Notes: generated by a model not told the origin, from the sequence alone. DNA of 64,000 nt from Verrucomicrobiaceae bacterium (GCA_024229495.1 JAAESJ010000233.1:5144-69143); one strand, 5' to 3'. Shown: positions 20,901 to 30,859, counted from the stretch's first letter. Numbers and translations are program-made.

Positions 20901-21566
20901 TTATTTGCCGTAGACTTCGATTTCCACGTAGTGGTTCATTTCATTGGCGGTATTGCCATTGGACCACAGGCGCACATAGCGCGCCTTCTTGCCCTCGACA
21001 TCAAAGATCCTGCCGTGGTTGGTCTCGATCCAGGCGAGATCTTTACCGACACCGGCCTTGGAAGAGTTGTCGTGGTCGTTGTTGAAAACGGTGACCACGC
21101 CTGTCTTGAACTCGGGGTCGTTGGAAACCTGTGCGACAACATCGATGTAAGCGCGGGCATTCTTGTGGAAGTGCCAGACAACGATGCCGTAAATAGTGGC
21201 TTCCTCCTCAAGATCGACCTGGACCCACTGCTTGCCGGGTCCGAGCTCGGTATAGGAGCCGTCGGCGCCGTCCTTGTCTCCATCACAGATCATGTCGAGA
21301 TCCCCGATGATGGGTTCCGGATCACTGGAGGTGACCTCCATGTCGAGGGCGAGGTTCTCGCTTCCCGCCGGTGCCTTGAGAACCAGCCGCGGTTTCTTAC
21401 TCTTGTCGAGATTGGGCAGCTTGGCGGCTACCGGCGTGCCGACAAACATGGGCTTCGGGAAATCAATCTCCATGTCCTTCCACTTGCTCTTGTCTGTATC
21501 CTGCGCGGTTACCGTGAAGATAGCCGGGGTAATGAGTGATATTGCCAGAATGAATGTTTTTTTCAT
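20901..21566 (-). CDS. Secreted discoidin (F5/8 type C) domain protein
   Basis: 221 aa with a signal peptide (MKKTFILAISLITPAIFTVTA). The segment GPGKQWVQVDLEEEATIYGIVVWHFH...RYVRLWSNGN resembles the carbohydrate-binding discoidin fold pattern. Confidence 0.6.
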   Translation of the reverse strand: MKKTFILAISLITPAIFTVTAQDTDKSKWKDMEIDFPKPMFVGTPVAAKLPNLDKSKKPRLVLKAPAGSENLALDMEVTSSDPEPIIGDLDMICDGDKDGADGSYTELGPGKQWVQVDLEEEATIYGIVVWHFHKNARAYIDVVAQVSNDPEFKTGVVTVFNNDHDNSSKAGVGKDLAWIETNHGRIFDVEGKKARYVRLWSNGNTANEMNHYVEIEVYGK

Positions 21567-21612
21567 GGTTTTATGGGTCTGTTTTTCAATATTTGCTACA
21601 GAAAGTCGCTAT

Positions 21613-23322
21613 CTATACGACGAAATCCTCAGGTTTAAATTCGATTTTTTCGCCTTTCTCGATCGCCTCGTGGATTTTCATGCAGGTGACCGTGGTCTTG
21701 AAGCCCTCGATAGCCGGGCAGTTCAGGTCGTCCTGGCTGCCGTTATTGCGCACTGCATCAAAGAAGTTGCGCAGGTGCGGGGCGTGCGGGCGTTCCTTGA
21801 ACTGGACGTGGGAGGGTAATTCCCAGGGATCGAGTCCCTTGGAGACCCGTGCATCGGCCACTCCGGAATTTTTGATTTCCTCGGGGAGATCTGCGTTCCA
21901 TTTACCTGGTTCCGTTTTCGCTGCACGCCAGGGTGCCTTTTTTTCCCAGAACTTGTGATAGATTTCCTCTTGGGAGATATCTTTCTCAATGAGCGGTTTG
22001 GCCCCGAGCCCATATTCTTCCCAGCTCCTGGCGTGGGCTTCACGGTAGATCTGGTTATACTCGGTAAGCTCGGAGATGGACATTGTGCCGTCCTCGCCCA
22101 TGAACTTCTCGAAGAATTTCTGGGAGCTTGAAGTGGTAAGCACCTGGTAATAGGCCCTGGTCTTCAGGATATCTCCTGTGCCTCCCTTGGTGCCCCACTT
22201 AGCGCGGGGTGTGTCATACTCGAAAAAGGCCATGACGTTGTCGGCATGCTCATAGCCGTCCTTGACCTGGCTGACGATTTCCAGCTCGGCTTGAAGCTTG
22301 GCCTTGCGCTTTGAGGACTTGGTTTTTTCAAGGGCCTCCTCGACCTCACTGGTCAAGAGGTCATTGAGGAACTCCCCGGTGTAGTAATCAGTACCTCCCT
22401 GGGCAAAGATCGAGTTCGGGGTGGTATCCAGCAGCCAGTTGAAGATATCAATCTGGTGGGCGCCGAGGTCGGAGATAATGCCGCCGCCGAATTTCTTGTA
22501 CATGCGCCAGTTGCGGAACTCAAACATCCCCATGGCTCCGCCGTTATAACCGTTGTCCTTCAACACCTGATCATCGAGCGCATCCTTGCCCTGTGGAATC
22601 TCGCGGGGCACCGAGCCGCCGCGTGAGCGGTTCCATTGCGCACTCATGTGGGTGATCCATCCGAGCAGGTTGTTCTTTTGGTTGAGGATCTCGTTTTTTA
22701 CATGCAGGTAACGCGGGTTACTGCGGCGCTGGTGGCCGATCTGCAGGAGTTTATTGGTTGCCCGTTGGGTCTTGACCATGGCACGTGCCTTCTCGATGTC
22801 ATTGGACATCAACTTCTCGCAGTAAACATCCAGCCCTGCCTCAAGGCCCATGATGGAATACTTGTCGTGGACAAAGTCCGGGGTGGCGACAATGATGCAG
22901 TCAAGATCATTCTCCTTCTTGATCATTTCCTCGGCATCGGCGTATGGGGTGCAGGTCTTGCCATCTTGTCCGCCGCCCTGGCCAGAGGCGGCAATTTGGC
23001 CGACACCTTTTCTCAGGTTGCGACCCCAGATGTCACTAACGGCAACAAAACGGACATTGAGTTCTCCCTTACTGTCCCTGAGGACTTTGCTTGAATCTTT
23101 CAAGGCCTCGCCCTCGTCGCCATAGCCGATGATGCCGCAGCGGACAACGCCCTCCTTGGTGGCCTTCTGCCCGAGGGCAGTCTTGCTGGTGACAATCAGG
23201 CCAATGCCGACGCCGGCCGATGAACCGTTGCGCAGGAAGTTGCGCCGGGACAGGGAGGATTTCTCTTCCGCAGAGCCTTGCTTGTTTGCAGCGTTTTTCT
23301 TGCCGATGTGTTTAAACTTCAT
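21613..23322 (-). CDS. TAT-exported Gfo/Idh/MocA family oxidoreductase
   Basis: Twin-arginine signal SRRNFLRNGSSAGVGIGL, a Rossmann block VRCGIIGYGDEG and the EKLM consensus (VYCEKLMSN). Confidence 0.8.
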   Translation of the reverse strand: MKFKHIGKKNAANKQGSAEEKSSLSRRNFLRNGSSAGVGIGLIVTSKTALGQKATKEGVVRCGIIGYGDEGEALKDSSKVLRDSKGELNVRFVAVSDIWGRNLRKGVGQIAASGQGGGQDGKTCTPYADAEEMIKKENDLDCIIVATPDFVHDKYSIMGLEAGLDVYCEKLMSNDIEKARAMVKTQRATNKLLQIGHQRRSNPRYLHVKNEILNQKNNLLGWITHMSAQWNRSRGGSVPREIPQGKDALDDQVLKDNGYNGGAMGMFEFRNWRMYKKFGGGIISDLGAHQIDIFNWLLDTTPNSIFAQGGTDYYTGEFLNDLLTSEVEEALEKTKSSKRKAKLQAELEIVSQVKDGYEHADNVMAFFEYDTPRAKWGTKGGTGDILKTRAYYQVLTTSSSQKFFEKFMGEDGTMSISELTEYNQIYREAHARSWEEYGLGAKPLIEKDISQEEIYHKFWEKKAPWRAAKTEPGKWNADLPEEIKNSGVADARVSKGLDPWELPSHVQFKERPHAPHLRNFFDAVRNNGSQDDLNCPAIEGFKTTVTCMKIHEAIEKGEKIEFKPEDFVV

Positions 23323-23367
23323 GGGATCAGGTATGGTGATTATTCTATTTTTTCCTGCAGGCAGGGC

Positions 23368-23877
23368 TTAGTCTTTTTCCTCAGGGAACTCATCACTTTT
23401 GCCGATGGCCAAGTCCACGATGTTATCAACAGCGAGGATGTTGTGCTTCACGGTCATAAGCGCGAGGGCGATGACGATGAGTTCCACCCCGCGGCGGACG
23501 GTATCAATATCGTCAGGAAGCAGCATCAGGCCCAGGCTCAGTGAGAGAATGATGCCACTGGCGGCAATCAGGGAGATGCGCGTGAAGAGGCCGATGATGA
23601 CCCATATCCCGGTAATGACCAGTGCCCAGGGGAGGAATTTGGCGTAGAGCCCCAGCATGCCTTCAGGGATCGGGGTGAATTCTTTCATTACCGTGATGAT
23701 TGGTTCCATGGAATCCGGGCCGTAGGAGGGGGAAAACTCAGACAGTCCCGTTGCCTCATTTTTGCCTTTCCACTTGGTTAAGCCGGCAAACAGCAGGCGC
23801 ATCCCGATCCACATCCTCAGGAAAAAGCAGGCCCAGGCTTCTCCGCGGAACATTCGATTACAGCATTTCTCAGACAT
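23368..23877 (-). CDS. Small polytopic membrane protein, possibly DoxX family
   Basis: Three to four hydrophobic helices. FFLRMWIGMRLLFAGLTKW resembles the DoxX N-terminal helix. Start ambiguous (ATG 23976 or ATG 23877). Confidence 0.4.
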   Translation of the reverse strand: MSEKCCNRMFRGEAWACFFLRMWIGMRLLFAGLTKWKGKNEATGLSEFSPSYGPDSMEPIITVMKEFTPIPEGMLGLYAKFLPWALVITGIWVIIGLFTRISLIAASGIILSLSLGLMLLPDDIDTVRRGVELIVIALALMTVKHNILAVDNIVDLAIGKSDEFPEEKD

Positions 23878-24038
23878 GATTGATTTGGATGGTGATTTAT
23901 TGGATTTTGATAGCTTTTTTATTCCCGTGTTCGGGATGATTCGAAAAGGATTAAACGAATTCGGAGACAATTGCAATAGCGGGAGGACTCTTCGGCATAT
24001 CCGTTTGACGGCAGGGCACGCCCCGTTGATCTTGTATT

Positions 24039-24449
24039 ATGTCCATTATTATAGGAGAAACCCCGTCTACCGGCAACGACTACAAGGAGACAGCCAAGGA
24101 CTTGTGCCGGGCATTGCTTGAGGATGAGAAATTAAAAGGGGTTTTTACCTCTATTGATGCGTTTATGGAAAATGACGTATCAAAAGAGCTTTTCAGCCAG
24201 ATGCAGACCAAGAGCGAAGAGTTGCAGAACAAGCAGCAGGCTGGAATTGAACTGACTGCCGGTGAGGTGGAGGAATACAACAAACTGAGGGAGAAAATGC
24301 TTGATGATCCGGCGGCCAAGGCCTTTGTCGAGGCGCAGGAGTCCATTCAGAGTGTTCACCAGACGATCGGCAGTTGGGTGTCGTTGGTTTTTGAGAATGG
24401 TCGCATGCCAACCGAAGAGGAGTTTGAGGGGCATTGTGGCCCGGGATGA
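24039..24449 (+). CDS. YlbF/YmcA/YheA (UPF0342)-like helical protein
   Basis: 136 aa and all-helical. The pattern ...FMENDVSKELFSQMQTKSEELQNKQQAGIELTAGEVEEYNKLREKMLDDPAAKAFVEAQESIQSVHQTI matches the layout of this family. Confidence 0.55.
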   Translation: MSIIIGETPSTGNDYKETAKDLCRALLEDEKLKGVFTSIDAFMENDVSKELFSQMQTKSEELQNKQQAGIELTAGEVEEYNKLREKMLDDPAAKAFVEAQESIQSVHQTIGSWVSLVFENGRMPTEEEFEGHCGPG

Positions 24450-24584
24450 GGATGTCACTAGCCGCTCGTTGAGGGGCTTTTAAGGGACGAGACTTCCAAA
24501 ATGAGCAGAGAGGGATTCAAAGGATGGAGCACCCTTTCTTGGAAAGATGATCTTTCGGGTTATGGCAGATAGAGGTGATGTTTC

Positions 24585-26963
24585 ATGAGGAAGGGCAGTA
24601 TATTCATTGCATTGAATGCCTTTGCCATAGAAGGAAGATTGAACCGGCAGTTAAGTCGCTGCTTATCGGCGCTAAGTGCTCTTTGCGGAACCTTGCCGTG
24701 GTTGCTTGCAATGCCGGTTGATTGCCCGGCGAAAGACCTTTCTTACCAGAAGGAGGTATTGCCCATTCTTGAGCAATACTGCTTTGACTGTCATGGTGAC
24801 GGAACGGAGAAGGGCGGGCTTTCACTGGACAGCTGGAAATCCCCTGCGGAGCGGGTGGCTGATCTTCATGTATGGAAGGAAGTCCTACGCAATGTTTCCC
24901 TCAAGGTCATGCCGCCGCCAAAACGCAAGGTGCAACCCTCGGAGGCAGAGCGCGCGGTGATAGAGGGTTGGATTGAGCAGAGGGTTTTCCGGTATGATCC
25001 CGACAATCCCGATCCCGGTCGGGTGACCATCAGGAGGCTGAACCGGCAGGAATACAACAATACCGTGCGTGACCTGTTGCATGTAAACTTCAAGCCGGGT
25101 GAGGATTTTCCCCCCGATGACACCGGGTATGGCTTTGATACCATTGGTGATGTCTTGACCCTCTCCCCGGTATTGCTGGAGAAATACATGAGTGCTGCCG
25201 GACGCGTGATGGATGCGGCAATGCGCACCACGGCACCGCAGGGGAAAAAGCAGCAATACCCGGCACAATCTTTGAAGGGTGGACAAATGCATTCCGGTTC
25301 ACGCATTCTTTCCACAATAGGGAGCGTGTCGCTAAAGCATCATTTTCCCCAGGATGGTGAATATATCATCAGGATTCGTGCGGCAGCGCACCAGGCCGGT
25401 GACGAGGCGGCAAAGATGACGATCAATGTCAACGGCAGGGACCTTCACACCTTTGAGGTGGGTAACGAGCCGGAAGAGTTGAAGAATTTTGAGCGACGCG
25501 TCAGGATGAAGGCCGGCAGTCATGAGGTGACCATCAAGTTTATCAATGATTATTATAACCCGAAGGAACGCGACCGCAGGAGGCGTGACCGCAACTTGCT
25601 GGTCGACGGTCTGGAGGTAGAGAAAACCGGGGCGGTGGTCCTGCCTCTGCCGGAATTTCATCGCAGGATACTGGGCAGCGAGAAAATCACACCGGCTAAC
25701 CGGTTGGCTGTGGCGAAGAAAGTCCTGCACGAGTTCCTGTGCAGGGCTTATCGGCGCAGAGTGCCCCAGGCGGAGGTGGAGCGCCTGATGCGTTTTGTGA
25801 AAATGGGCTTTGATGAGGGTGGGCCATTCGCTTTTGAGAAGGGAATCAAGTTGGCCTGCCAGGCGGTTCTGGTTTCACCGTTTTTTCTCTACCGCGGGGA
25901 GGTGCAGAAGAATCCTGATGATCCCGAGACAGTTTCCAGAATCGATGATTACGCACTGGCTTCACGGCTTTCCTACTTCATCTGGTCCAGTATGCCCGAC
26001 GATGAACTTTTTTTGCAGGCCGGCCGGGGTGATCTACGCAAAAATCTGAACGCGCAGGTCATTCGGATGCTTAAGGATCCAAAGGCCCGGGCGCTGACGG
26101 AGAACTTCGCAGGGCAATGGTTGCAACTCCGGAATATGGACCTGGTAAGCCCCGATCCGGGGCAATACCGTGAATTTGATGACAAGTTGCGCCGATTAAT
26201 GCGCATGGAGACCGAGGCGCTCTTTGAGCATGTCATGCGCAATGACCTGCCGATCACTGAGTTTCTTGATGCAGATTACTCGTTTATCAACGCCAGGCTT
26301 GCCCGGCATTATGGGATCAAGGGGGTGTCCGGAGACGCATTACAGAAGGTGTCTCTTGCAGGCAGTCACCGACGAGGCATCCTGACTCACGGGAGCATTC
26401 TCACTATCACTTCAAACCCGACGAGAACCTCACCGGTTAAACGGGGTAAGTGGATCCTCGATAATATCCTGGGAACGCCTCCGCCGGATCCGCCACCGGG
26501 GGTAGGGCAACTAGAGGACAATAGCAAACTGGAAGGCACCTTCCGGCAGCGTCTGGAGCAGCACCGGAAAGATCCCAATTGCGCTGCCTGCCATGCACTG
26601 ATGGATCCTTTGGGCATTGCCTTTGAGAATTTTGACGGTGTCGGAAGGTGGCGTGATGATGAAGGCGGGCAGCGCATTGACTCCAGTGGCGAACTCGTCA
26701 GCGGTGAGCGCTTTGAGACTCATGAGCAGTTTCAGGAGGTTCTCTCCACCAGCAAACGCGGTGATTACCTGCGTTGCGTCAGCGAAATGATGCTGACATT
26801 TGCCCTTGGTAGGGGATTGGAATTCTATGATAAACCCGCGGTGAGTTCCGTGGTCAAGAGGTTGCAGGACGGGAAGTTGTCTTTTTCCCGGGCCGTTCTT
26901 GGGGTGGTTGATTCGGTGCCGTTTCAGTATCGTCGCGGAGATGGCAGGCGAATTTATGATTAA
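24585..26963 (+). CDS. DUF1592/DUF1588/DUF1585-type protein with N-terminal c-type haem motif (planctomycete cytochrome C type)
   Basis: 792 aa. CFDCHG (CxxCH) sits near the N-terminus and CAACH near the C-terminus. Blocks such as FAGQWLQLRN, RRGILTHGSILT and SPVKRGKWI are typical of this PVC family. It is followed by its usual DUF1552 partner. Confidence 0.8.
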   Translation: MRKGSIFIALNAFAIEGRLNRQLSRCLSALSALCGTLPWLLAMPVDCPAKDLSYQKEVLPILEQYCFDCHGDGTEKGGLSLDSWKSPAERVADLHVWKEVLRNVSLKVMPPPKRKVQPSEAERAVIEGWIEQRVFRYDPDNPDPGRVTIRRLNRQEYNNTVRDLLHVNFKPGEDFPPDDTGYGFDTIGDVLTLSPVLLEKYMSAAGRVMDAAMRTTAPQGKKQQYPAQSLKGGQMHSGSRILSTIGSVSLKHHFPQDGEYIIRIRAAAHQAGDEAAKMTINVNGRDLHTFEVGNEPEELKNFERRVRMKAGSHEVTIKFINDYYNPKERDRRRRDRNLLVDGLEVEKTGAVVLPLPEFHRRILGSEKITPANRLAVAKKVLHEFLCRAYRRRVPQAEVERLMRFVKMGFDEGGPFAFEKGIKLACQAVLVSPFFLYRGEVQKNPDDPETVSRIDDYALASRLSYFIWSSMPDDELFLQAGRGDLRKNLNAQVIRMLKDPKARALTENFAGQWLQLRNMDLVSPDPGQYREFDDKLRRLMRMETEALFEHVMRNDLPITEFLDADYSFINARLARHYGIKGVSGDALQKVSLAGSHRRGILTHGSILTITSNPTRTSPVKRGKWILDNILGTPPPDPPPGVGQLEDNSKLEGTFRQRLEQHRKDPNCAACHALMDPLGIAFENFDGVGRWRDDEGGQRIDSSGELVSGERFETHEQFQEVLSTSKRGDYLRCVSEMMLTFALGRGLEFYDKPAVSSVVKRLQDGKLSFSRAVLGVVDSVPFQYRRGDGRRIYD

Positions 26964-27018
26964 TTGTGGATTTCAGGGTGATTTTTTGCCGGGAAAGGGA
27001 GTAATTTTGTAGTGTCCC

Positions 27019-28398
27019 TTGGAGGGATTAGCATTATATTTAAACGTGTCAGAGCAACGAAATCATCAGGTTTCCCGTCGGACTGCACTGCGTGGTCTTG
27101 GAGTGTGCATGGTTTTACCACCCCTGGAGGCGATGGTTTCAAGCTCGTCAGCGGCGAAGACAAATGCGGGTGCTGCACCCAAGCGCATGGCTTTTGTTTA
27201 TGCGCCAAACGGCAAGAACATGGAGAAGTGGCGTCCCAAGGGAGAGGGGAGCAATTACACCTTGTCGCCCACTCTGGAGCCGCTGGCTGCCCTGAAGGGG
27301 GACTTCCAGGTTCTCAGTGGCCTTGATCATAGGAATGCAACAAATGGTGGTGATGGGGCAGGCGATCATGCCAGGGCGAACGCCACGTTCCTGACGGGAA
27401 TGCGGGCAAAGAAAACTGCCGGGGCTGACATCAGTCTGGGGATCTCTGTTGATCAGGTTGCAGCTCAACAGGCGGGTAAACTGACAAGGTTACCCTCGCT
27501 GGAACTGAGTTGTGATGCAGCCCGTCGCAGCGGCAAGTGTGATTCCGGATATAGTTGTGCTTACCAGTTTAATATTTCCTGGAGGGACAGGAAGGTGCCG
27601 ATGCCGCCTGAGGCTAACCCCCGACTTGTTTTTGAGCGCTTGTTCGGTAAGGACACCAGCGGTGGAGGCAATAAGGCAGAACGCTTGCGTCAGGCCAGGA
27701 GGAACAAAAGTATCCTGGACTTTGTCATGGAGGATGCAAAACGCCTTCAGTCCCGCCTTGGAGGTAATGACCGGCAGAAACTCGATGAATATTTCACGGC
27801 TGTGCGTGAAACTGAGCGGCGGGTTGAGAACGCAGAGAAATTTGCCGCAGCATCACCGGACATGAAAAAGCCCAGCGGTATTCCGGGCAGCTATAAAGAG
27901 CATATCCGTCTGCTTTATGACCTCAGTGCGCTGGCTTTCCAGAGTGACACGACTCGGGTTAGCACCTTCATGATGGCTCATGACGGGAGCAATCGCAATT
28001 TCCGTGAGATTGGCGTCCCGGATGGGCATCATAGTATTTCCCACCATGGAAGGAACCGGGAAAAGCTTGAGAAGATTGCCAAAATTGACCGTTTTTATAT
28101 CGAGCAGTTTTCCTATTTTCTCAATAAGCTCAAGGGCATGAAGGATGTTGATGGGCGCAGCGTGCTTGATAACTCAATGATTGTGTATGGGTGCGGGATT
28201 GCGGATGGTGACCGCCATGATCATCATGACCTGCCGGTGCTTCTTGCCGGTGGAGGAGGTGGAACCCTGGAAAGGGGACGCCACCTTGATTTCCGGGGTG
28301 AGGTGCCCTTGTCCAACCTTTATGTCACGATGCTCGACAAGTTGGGACTTGAGGTGTCAAAGCTTGGTGACAGTACCGGGGCGTTGCCGAGAGTCTGA
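27019..28398 (+). CDS. DUF1552 domain protein (TAT signal)
   Basis: SRRTALRGLGVCMVLP twin-arginine signal, plus HHSISHHG and HDHHDLPVLLAGGG blocks typical of DUF1552. TTG start. Confidence 0.85.
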   Translation: MEGLALYLNVSEQRNHQVSRRTALRGLGVCMVLPPLEAMVSSSSAAKTNAGAAPKRMAFVYAPNGKNMEKWRPKGEGSNYTLSPTLEPLAALKGDFQVLSGLDHRNATNGGDGAGDHARANATFLTGMRAKKTAGADISLGISVDQVAAQQAGKLTRLPSLELSCDAARRSGKCDSGYSCAYQFNISWRDRKVPMPPEANPRLVFERLFGKDTSGGGNKAERLRQARRNKSILDFVMEDAKRLQSRLGGNDRQKLDEYFTAVRETERRVENAEKFAAASPDMKKPSGIPGSYKEHIRLLYDLSALAFQSDTTRVSTFMMAHDGSNRNFREIGVPDGHHSISHHGRNREKLEKIAKIDRFYIEQFSYFLNKLKGMKDVDGRSVLDNSMIVYGCGIADGDRHDHHDLPVLLAGGGGGTLERGRHLDFRGEVPLSNLYVTMLDKLGLEVSKLGDSTGALPRV

Positions 28399-28408
28399 AA
28401 AATTACAT

Positions 28409-29332
28409 TCAGCCTGTCTGCAGTATTTGTTCAATAGCCTCCTGAGTTGGTAACCTTCCGCGTCCTCCCAGAGCAGAGGCATTCAATGCCCCCGCGGCAC
28501 TGGCGATTCTTGCTGCTTGCTTCAGTTCCAGTCCGGAGTCCATGGCGTGCAGGAAGGCTCCGTGATAAACATCGCCACAACCTGTTGTATCCACTGGATG
28601 TGCAACAGGGAAGGCGGGTTGGTGGAAATGCTTGGCGTCCCGAGGGTATATCCAGCTACCGTTACCGCCGTCGGTAATGCCGATGAGCTGTGCCTGCGGA
28701 CAGAGGTTTAGCAGTTTTTCAGCTGCATCTTCCGGAGATTTTTCGGCAGTTGCTGTAAGCGCAAACTCGAGGGCAACAATGGCAATGTCGGCTGACGCCA
28801 TCAGCGGGATCAGTTCATCCCTGTAGCGGTTGGCTCCCCCATCAAAGGAAAGCCGGGTTTTCCGGCCGGAATTGCTACAGATTTCCGCTGCCTGCATACA
28901 GGCCTCCAGATGCCGACCGTTACAGTGCACGAAGCGGTGTGATGTGACCAGATCAGGACGGATTTCCCGCGCGGGTATTGCGCGTGTTGTACTGCGAACA
29001 AAGCGCACGGCACGGGCACCATCTTTGGCGCGGACCAATATGGAGGCCAGTGAAGCCTGCGCTCCTTGTTCTATTTTAATTTGCTCACAGCCGACACCCT
29101 GAGTTTCAAGTTGTTCAAGGATCATACTGGATTTCCAGTCATCACCCAAATGGTCCAGCATGGTGGTTCTGGTTCCCAATGCTGCGGCTGCAGCAAGTGC
29201 CGTTGCAACTGGTCCGCCTCCCATTACCAGCGCCTCATTGGCCTCCTCTACATCCCCGGTCGCTGGAAATGTCGAGGTATGTGTCAGGATATCGAGGGTG
29301 CAGACTCCGATTCCGAGGATGCCGTTGGACAT
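28409..29332 (-). CDS. PfkB family carbohydrate kinase
   Basis: ILGIGVCTLDIL N-terminus and the DTTGCGDVYHGAFL ATP/anion-hole motif. The track start 29359 overlaps the upstream regulator; ATG 29332 (MSNGILGIG) leaves a 10-nt gap. Confidence 0.75.
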   Translation of the reverse strand: MSNGILGIGVCTLDILTHTSTFPATGDVEEANEALVMGGGPVATALAAAAALGTRTTMLDHLGDDWKSSMILEQLETQGVGCEQIKIEQGAQASLASILVRAKDGARAVRFVRSTTRAIPAREIRPDLVTSHRFVHCNGRHLEACMQAAEICSNSGRKTRLSFDGGANRYRDELIPLMASADIAIVALEFALTATAEKSPEDAAEKLLNLCPQAQLIGITDGGNGSWIYPRDAKHFHQPAFPVAHPVDTTGCGDVYHGAFLHAMDSGLELKQAARIASAAGALNASALGGRGRLPTQEAIEQILQTG

Positions 29333-29342
29333 ATGCAGAAGG

Positions 29343-29789
29343 TTAGGCGCAGCCCGCAATTTTTTTCTTTACCCTCTCAAGCAGTGCCGGTTGCCGTTCA
29401 AGTTCCCCGGTGAGTGCCTGGATTGCGGCAAGAATAGGTTGGCTCATGTGGTGTTCAATCCCCTCGATGTCATCGTAAATGGAATGTTCATCGAGTCCGA
29501 ATAGTGCGAAAAATTCCACGAGGCTCTCGTGTCGCCTGACAATCTCCCGAGCGATCTCCTCACCCGCCTCGGTAAGGATAACTCCGCGGTATTTCTCATA
29601 GGCAACAAGGCCGTCGGCATCCATGCGCTGGATCATGCCTGTCACGCTGGCTTGAGCGATGCCGAGGTTGTGCGCGATATCAACGACCCTGGCGTAACCC
29701 TTATTCTCGATAAGCGTGAGGATTTGCTCGAGGTAGTCCTCCTGCGCTCGCGTTCCGCGAAGTGTGGGGGTGATGGCTTTTGACATCAA
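29343..29789 (-). CDS. DtxR/MntR family metal-dependent transcriptional repressor (stand-alone, no SH3 domain)
   Basis: 148 aa. EDYLEQILTLIENKGYARVVDIAHNLGIAQASVTGMIQRMDADGLV (wHTH) followed by RRHESLVEFF...IEHHMS (metal-binding/dimerisation). Divergent from the metal ABC operon. Confidence 0.8.
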   Translation of the reverse strand: MMSKAITPTLRGTRAQEDYLEQILTLIENKGYARVVDIAHNLGIAQASVTGMIQRMDADGLVAYEKYRGVILTEAGEEIAREIVRRHESLVEFFALFGLDEHSIYDDIEGIEHHMSQPILAAIQALTGELERQPALLERVKKKIAGCA

Positions 29790-29832
29790 TGGAATATGGC
29801 ATGGCTAAAAATAATTGGCAATATAAATAAAG

Positions 29833-29846
29833 ATTGTTTAAACAAT
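29833..29846. promoter_or_regulatory. Candidate MntR/DtxR operator: perfect 14-bp palindrome ATTGTTTAAACAAT
   Basis: Lies in the AT-rich 117-nt divergent intergenic region between the repressor gene (29789) and the ABC operon (29907). The palindrome was verified by eye. Confidence 0.45.
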
Positions 29847-29906
29847 ATAAGTTAGTTGAGACTATATTTTGATTGACCGCATCATTCGTCTTGTTAGTTT
29901 CCTTTT

Positions 29907-30851
29907 ATGGTTAGGTTCCGGAAAGCTGCACATGCCTTAATGTGCTTGAGTGTAGCGCTGTGTTTTTCCATCGTCGTAATTTCCTGCAGTGATCCCGGTG
30001 ATGACCGTGGCGGCGACACCAGGTTATTTGTGGTGACGACCACCACGATGATTACTGACCTTGTGAAGGATGTTGCGGGGGACAAGATCAGGATCAAGGG
30101 TTTGATGGGTCCAGGGGTTGACCCGCACCTTTACGAGCCGGTACCCGATGATGCGATTGCCCTCAGGCAGGCGGATTTGGTTTTTTATAATGGCTTGCTG
30201 CTTGAGGGGCAGATGACGGGGATCCTTGAGGCGAAGGGGAAAAAGGCGATTTCCCTCGGGGCATCAGTTCCTGAAGATAAACTTAAGGGTGATGATAGGC
30301 ATCCTGACCCGCATATATGGGGGAACGCCCTGCTTTGGAGAGGATGTGTTCCCGTTGTGGTGAATGCCCTCTCTGAAGTTGATCCAGATAATGCCCAGTC
30401 ATACAGGAAACGCGGGGCTGATGTGAGCAAGAGGCTGGAGCAACTCCATCAATGGGCAGTGCAACGGGTTGCCGAGGTGCCGGAGCGGGCGAGGGTATTG
30501 ATTACCAGCCATGATGCGTTTGAGTATTTTGGTGATGCTTATGGATTACAGGTGATTGGGTTGCAGGGGATTTCCACTGTGACCGAGGCGGGTATTTCCC
30601 AGCGGGTGAAACTGGTCGATTTCATCAGGCAGAATTCCGTGAAGGCAATTTTTGTTGAATCGAGTGTTTCACCAGCGGCAATTGAAAGTATTGCGGAGGA
30701 TGCCGGGGTGAAGATTGGTGGGGAATTGTTTTCTGATGCCATGGGGCAACCCGGGGTGATTGAGCATTCGGGAGAGGATGAATATGATCTGGGAACCTAC
30801 AGCGGAATGTTGAAGCACAATGTCAACACGACGGTAAATGCCTTGAAATAA
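29907..30851 (+). CDS. Metal (Mn/Zn/Fe) ABC transporter substrate-binding protein, cluster A-I (TroA/ZnuA/YtgA type)
   Basis: VVTTTTMITDLVKDVAGD...DPHLYEP...DPHIW...ITSHDAFEYF are the canonical blocks of this SBP family. First gene of a four-gene operon. Confidence 0.85.
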   Translation: MVRFRKAAHALMCLSVALCFSIVVISCSDPGDDRGGDTRLFVVTTTTMITDLVKDVAGDKIRIKGLMGPGVDPHLYEPVPDDAIALRQADLVFYNGLLLEGQMTGILEAKGKKAISLGASVPEDKLKGDDRHPDPHIWGNALLWRGCVPVVVNALSEVDPDNAQSYRKRGADVSKRLEQLHQWAVQRVAEVPERARVLITSHDAFEYFGDAYGLQVIGLQGISTVTEAGISQRVKLVDFIRQNSVKAIFVESSVSPAAIESIAEDAGVKIGGELFSDAMGQPGVIEHSGEDEYDLGTYSGMLKHNVNTTVNALK

Positions 30852-30859
30852 TTGACGGG

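Noticed and set aside
12686-21539. Other long alternative-frame ORFs inside confident genes. Examples are 12686-13369 (+), 17356-18066 (+), 19647-20195 (-) and 20931-21539 (+); 35192-35764 (-) and 39414-40163 (-) are further cases outside this coordinate span.
   Set aside because: Each is fully embedded in a longer ORF with recognisable family motifs, and their own translations show no motifs and have biased composition.
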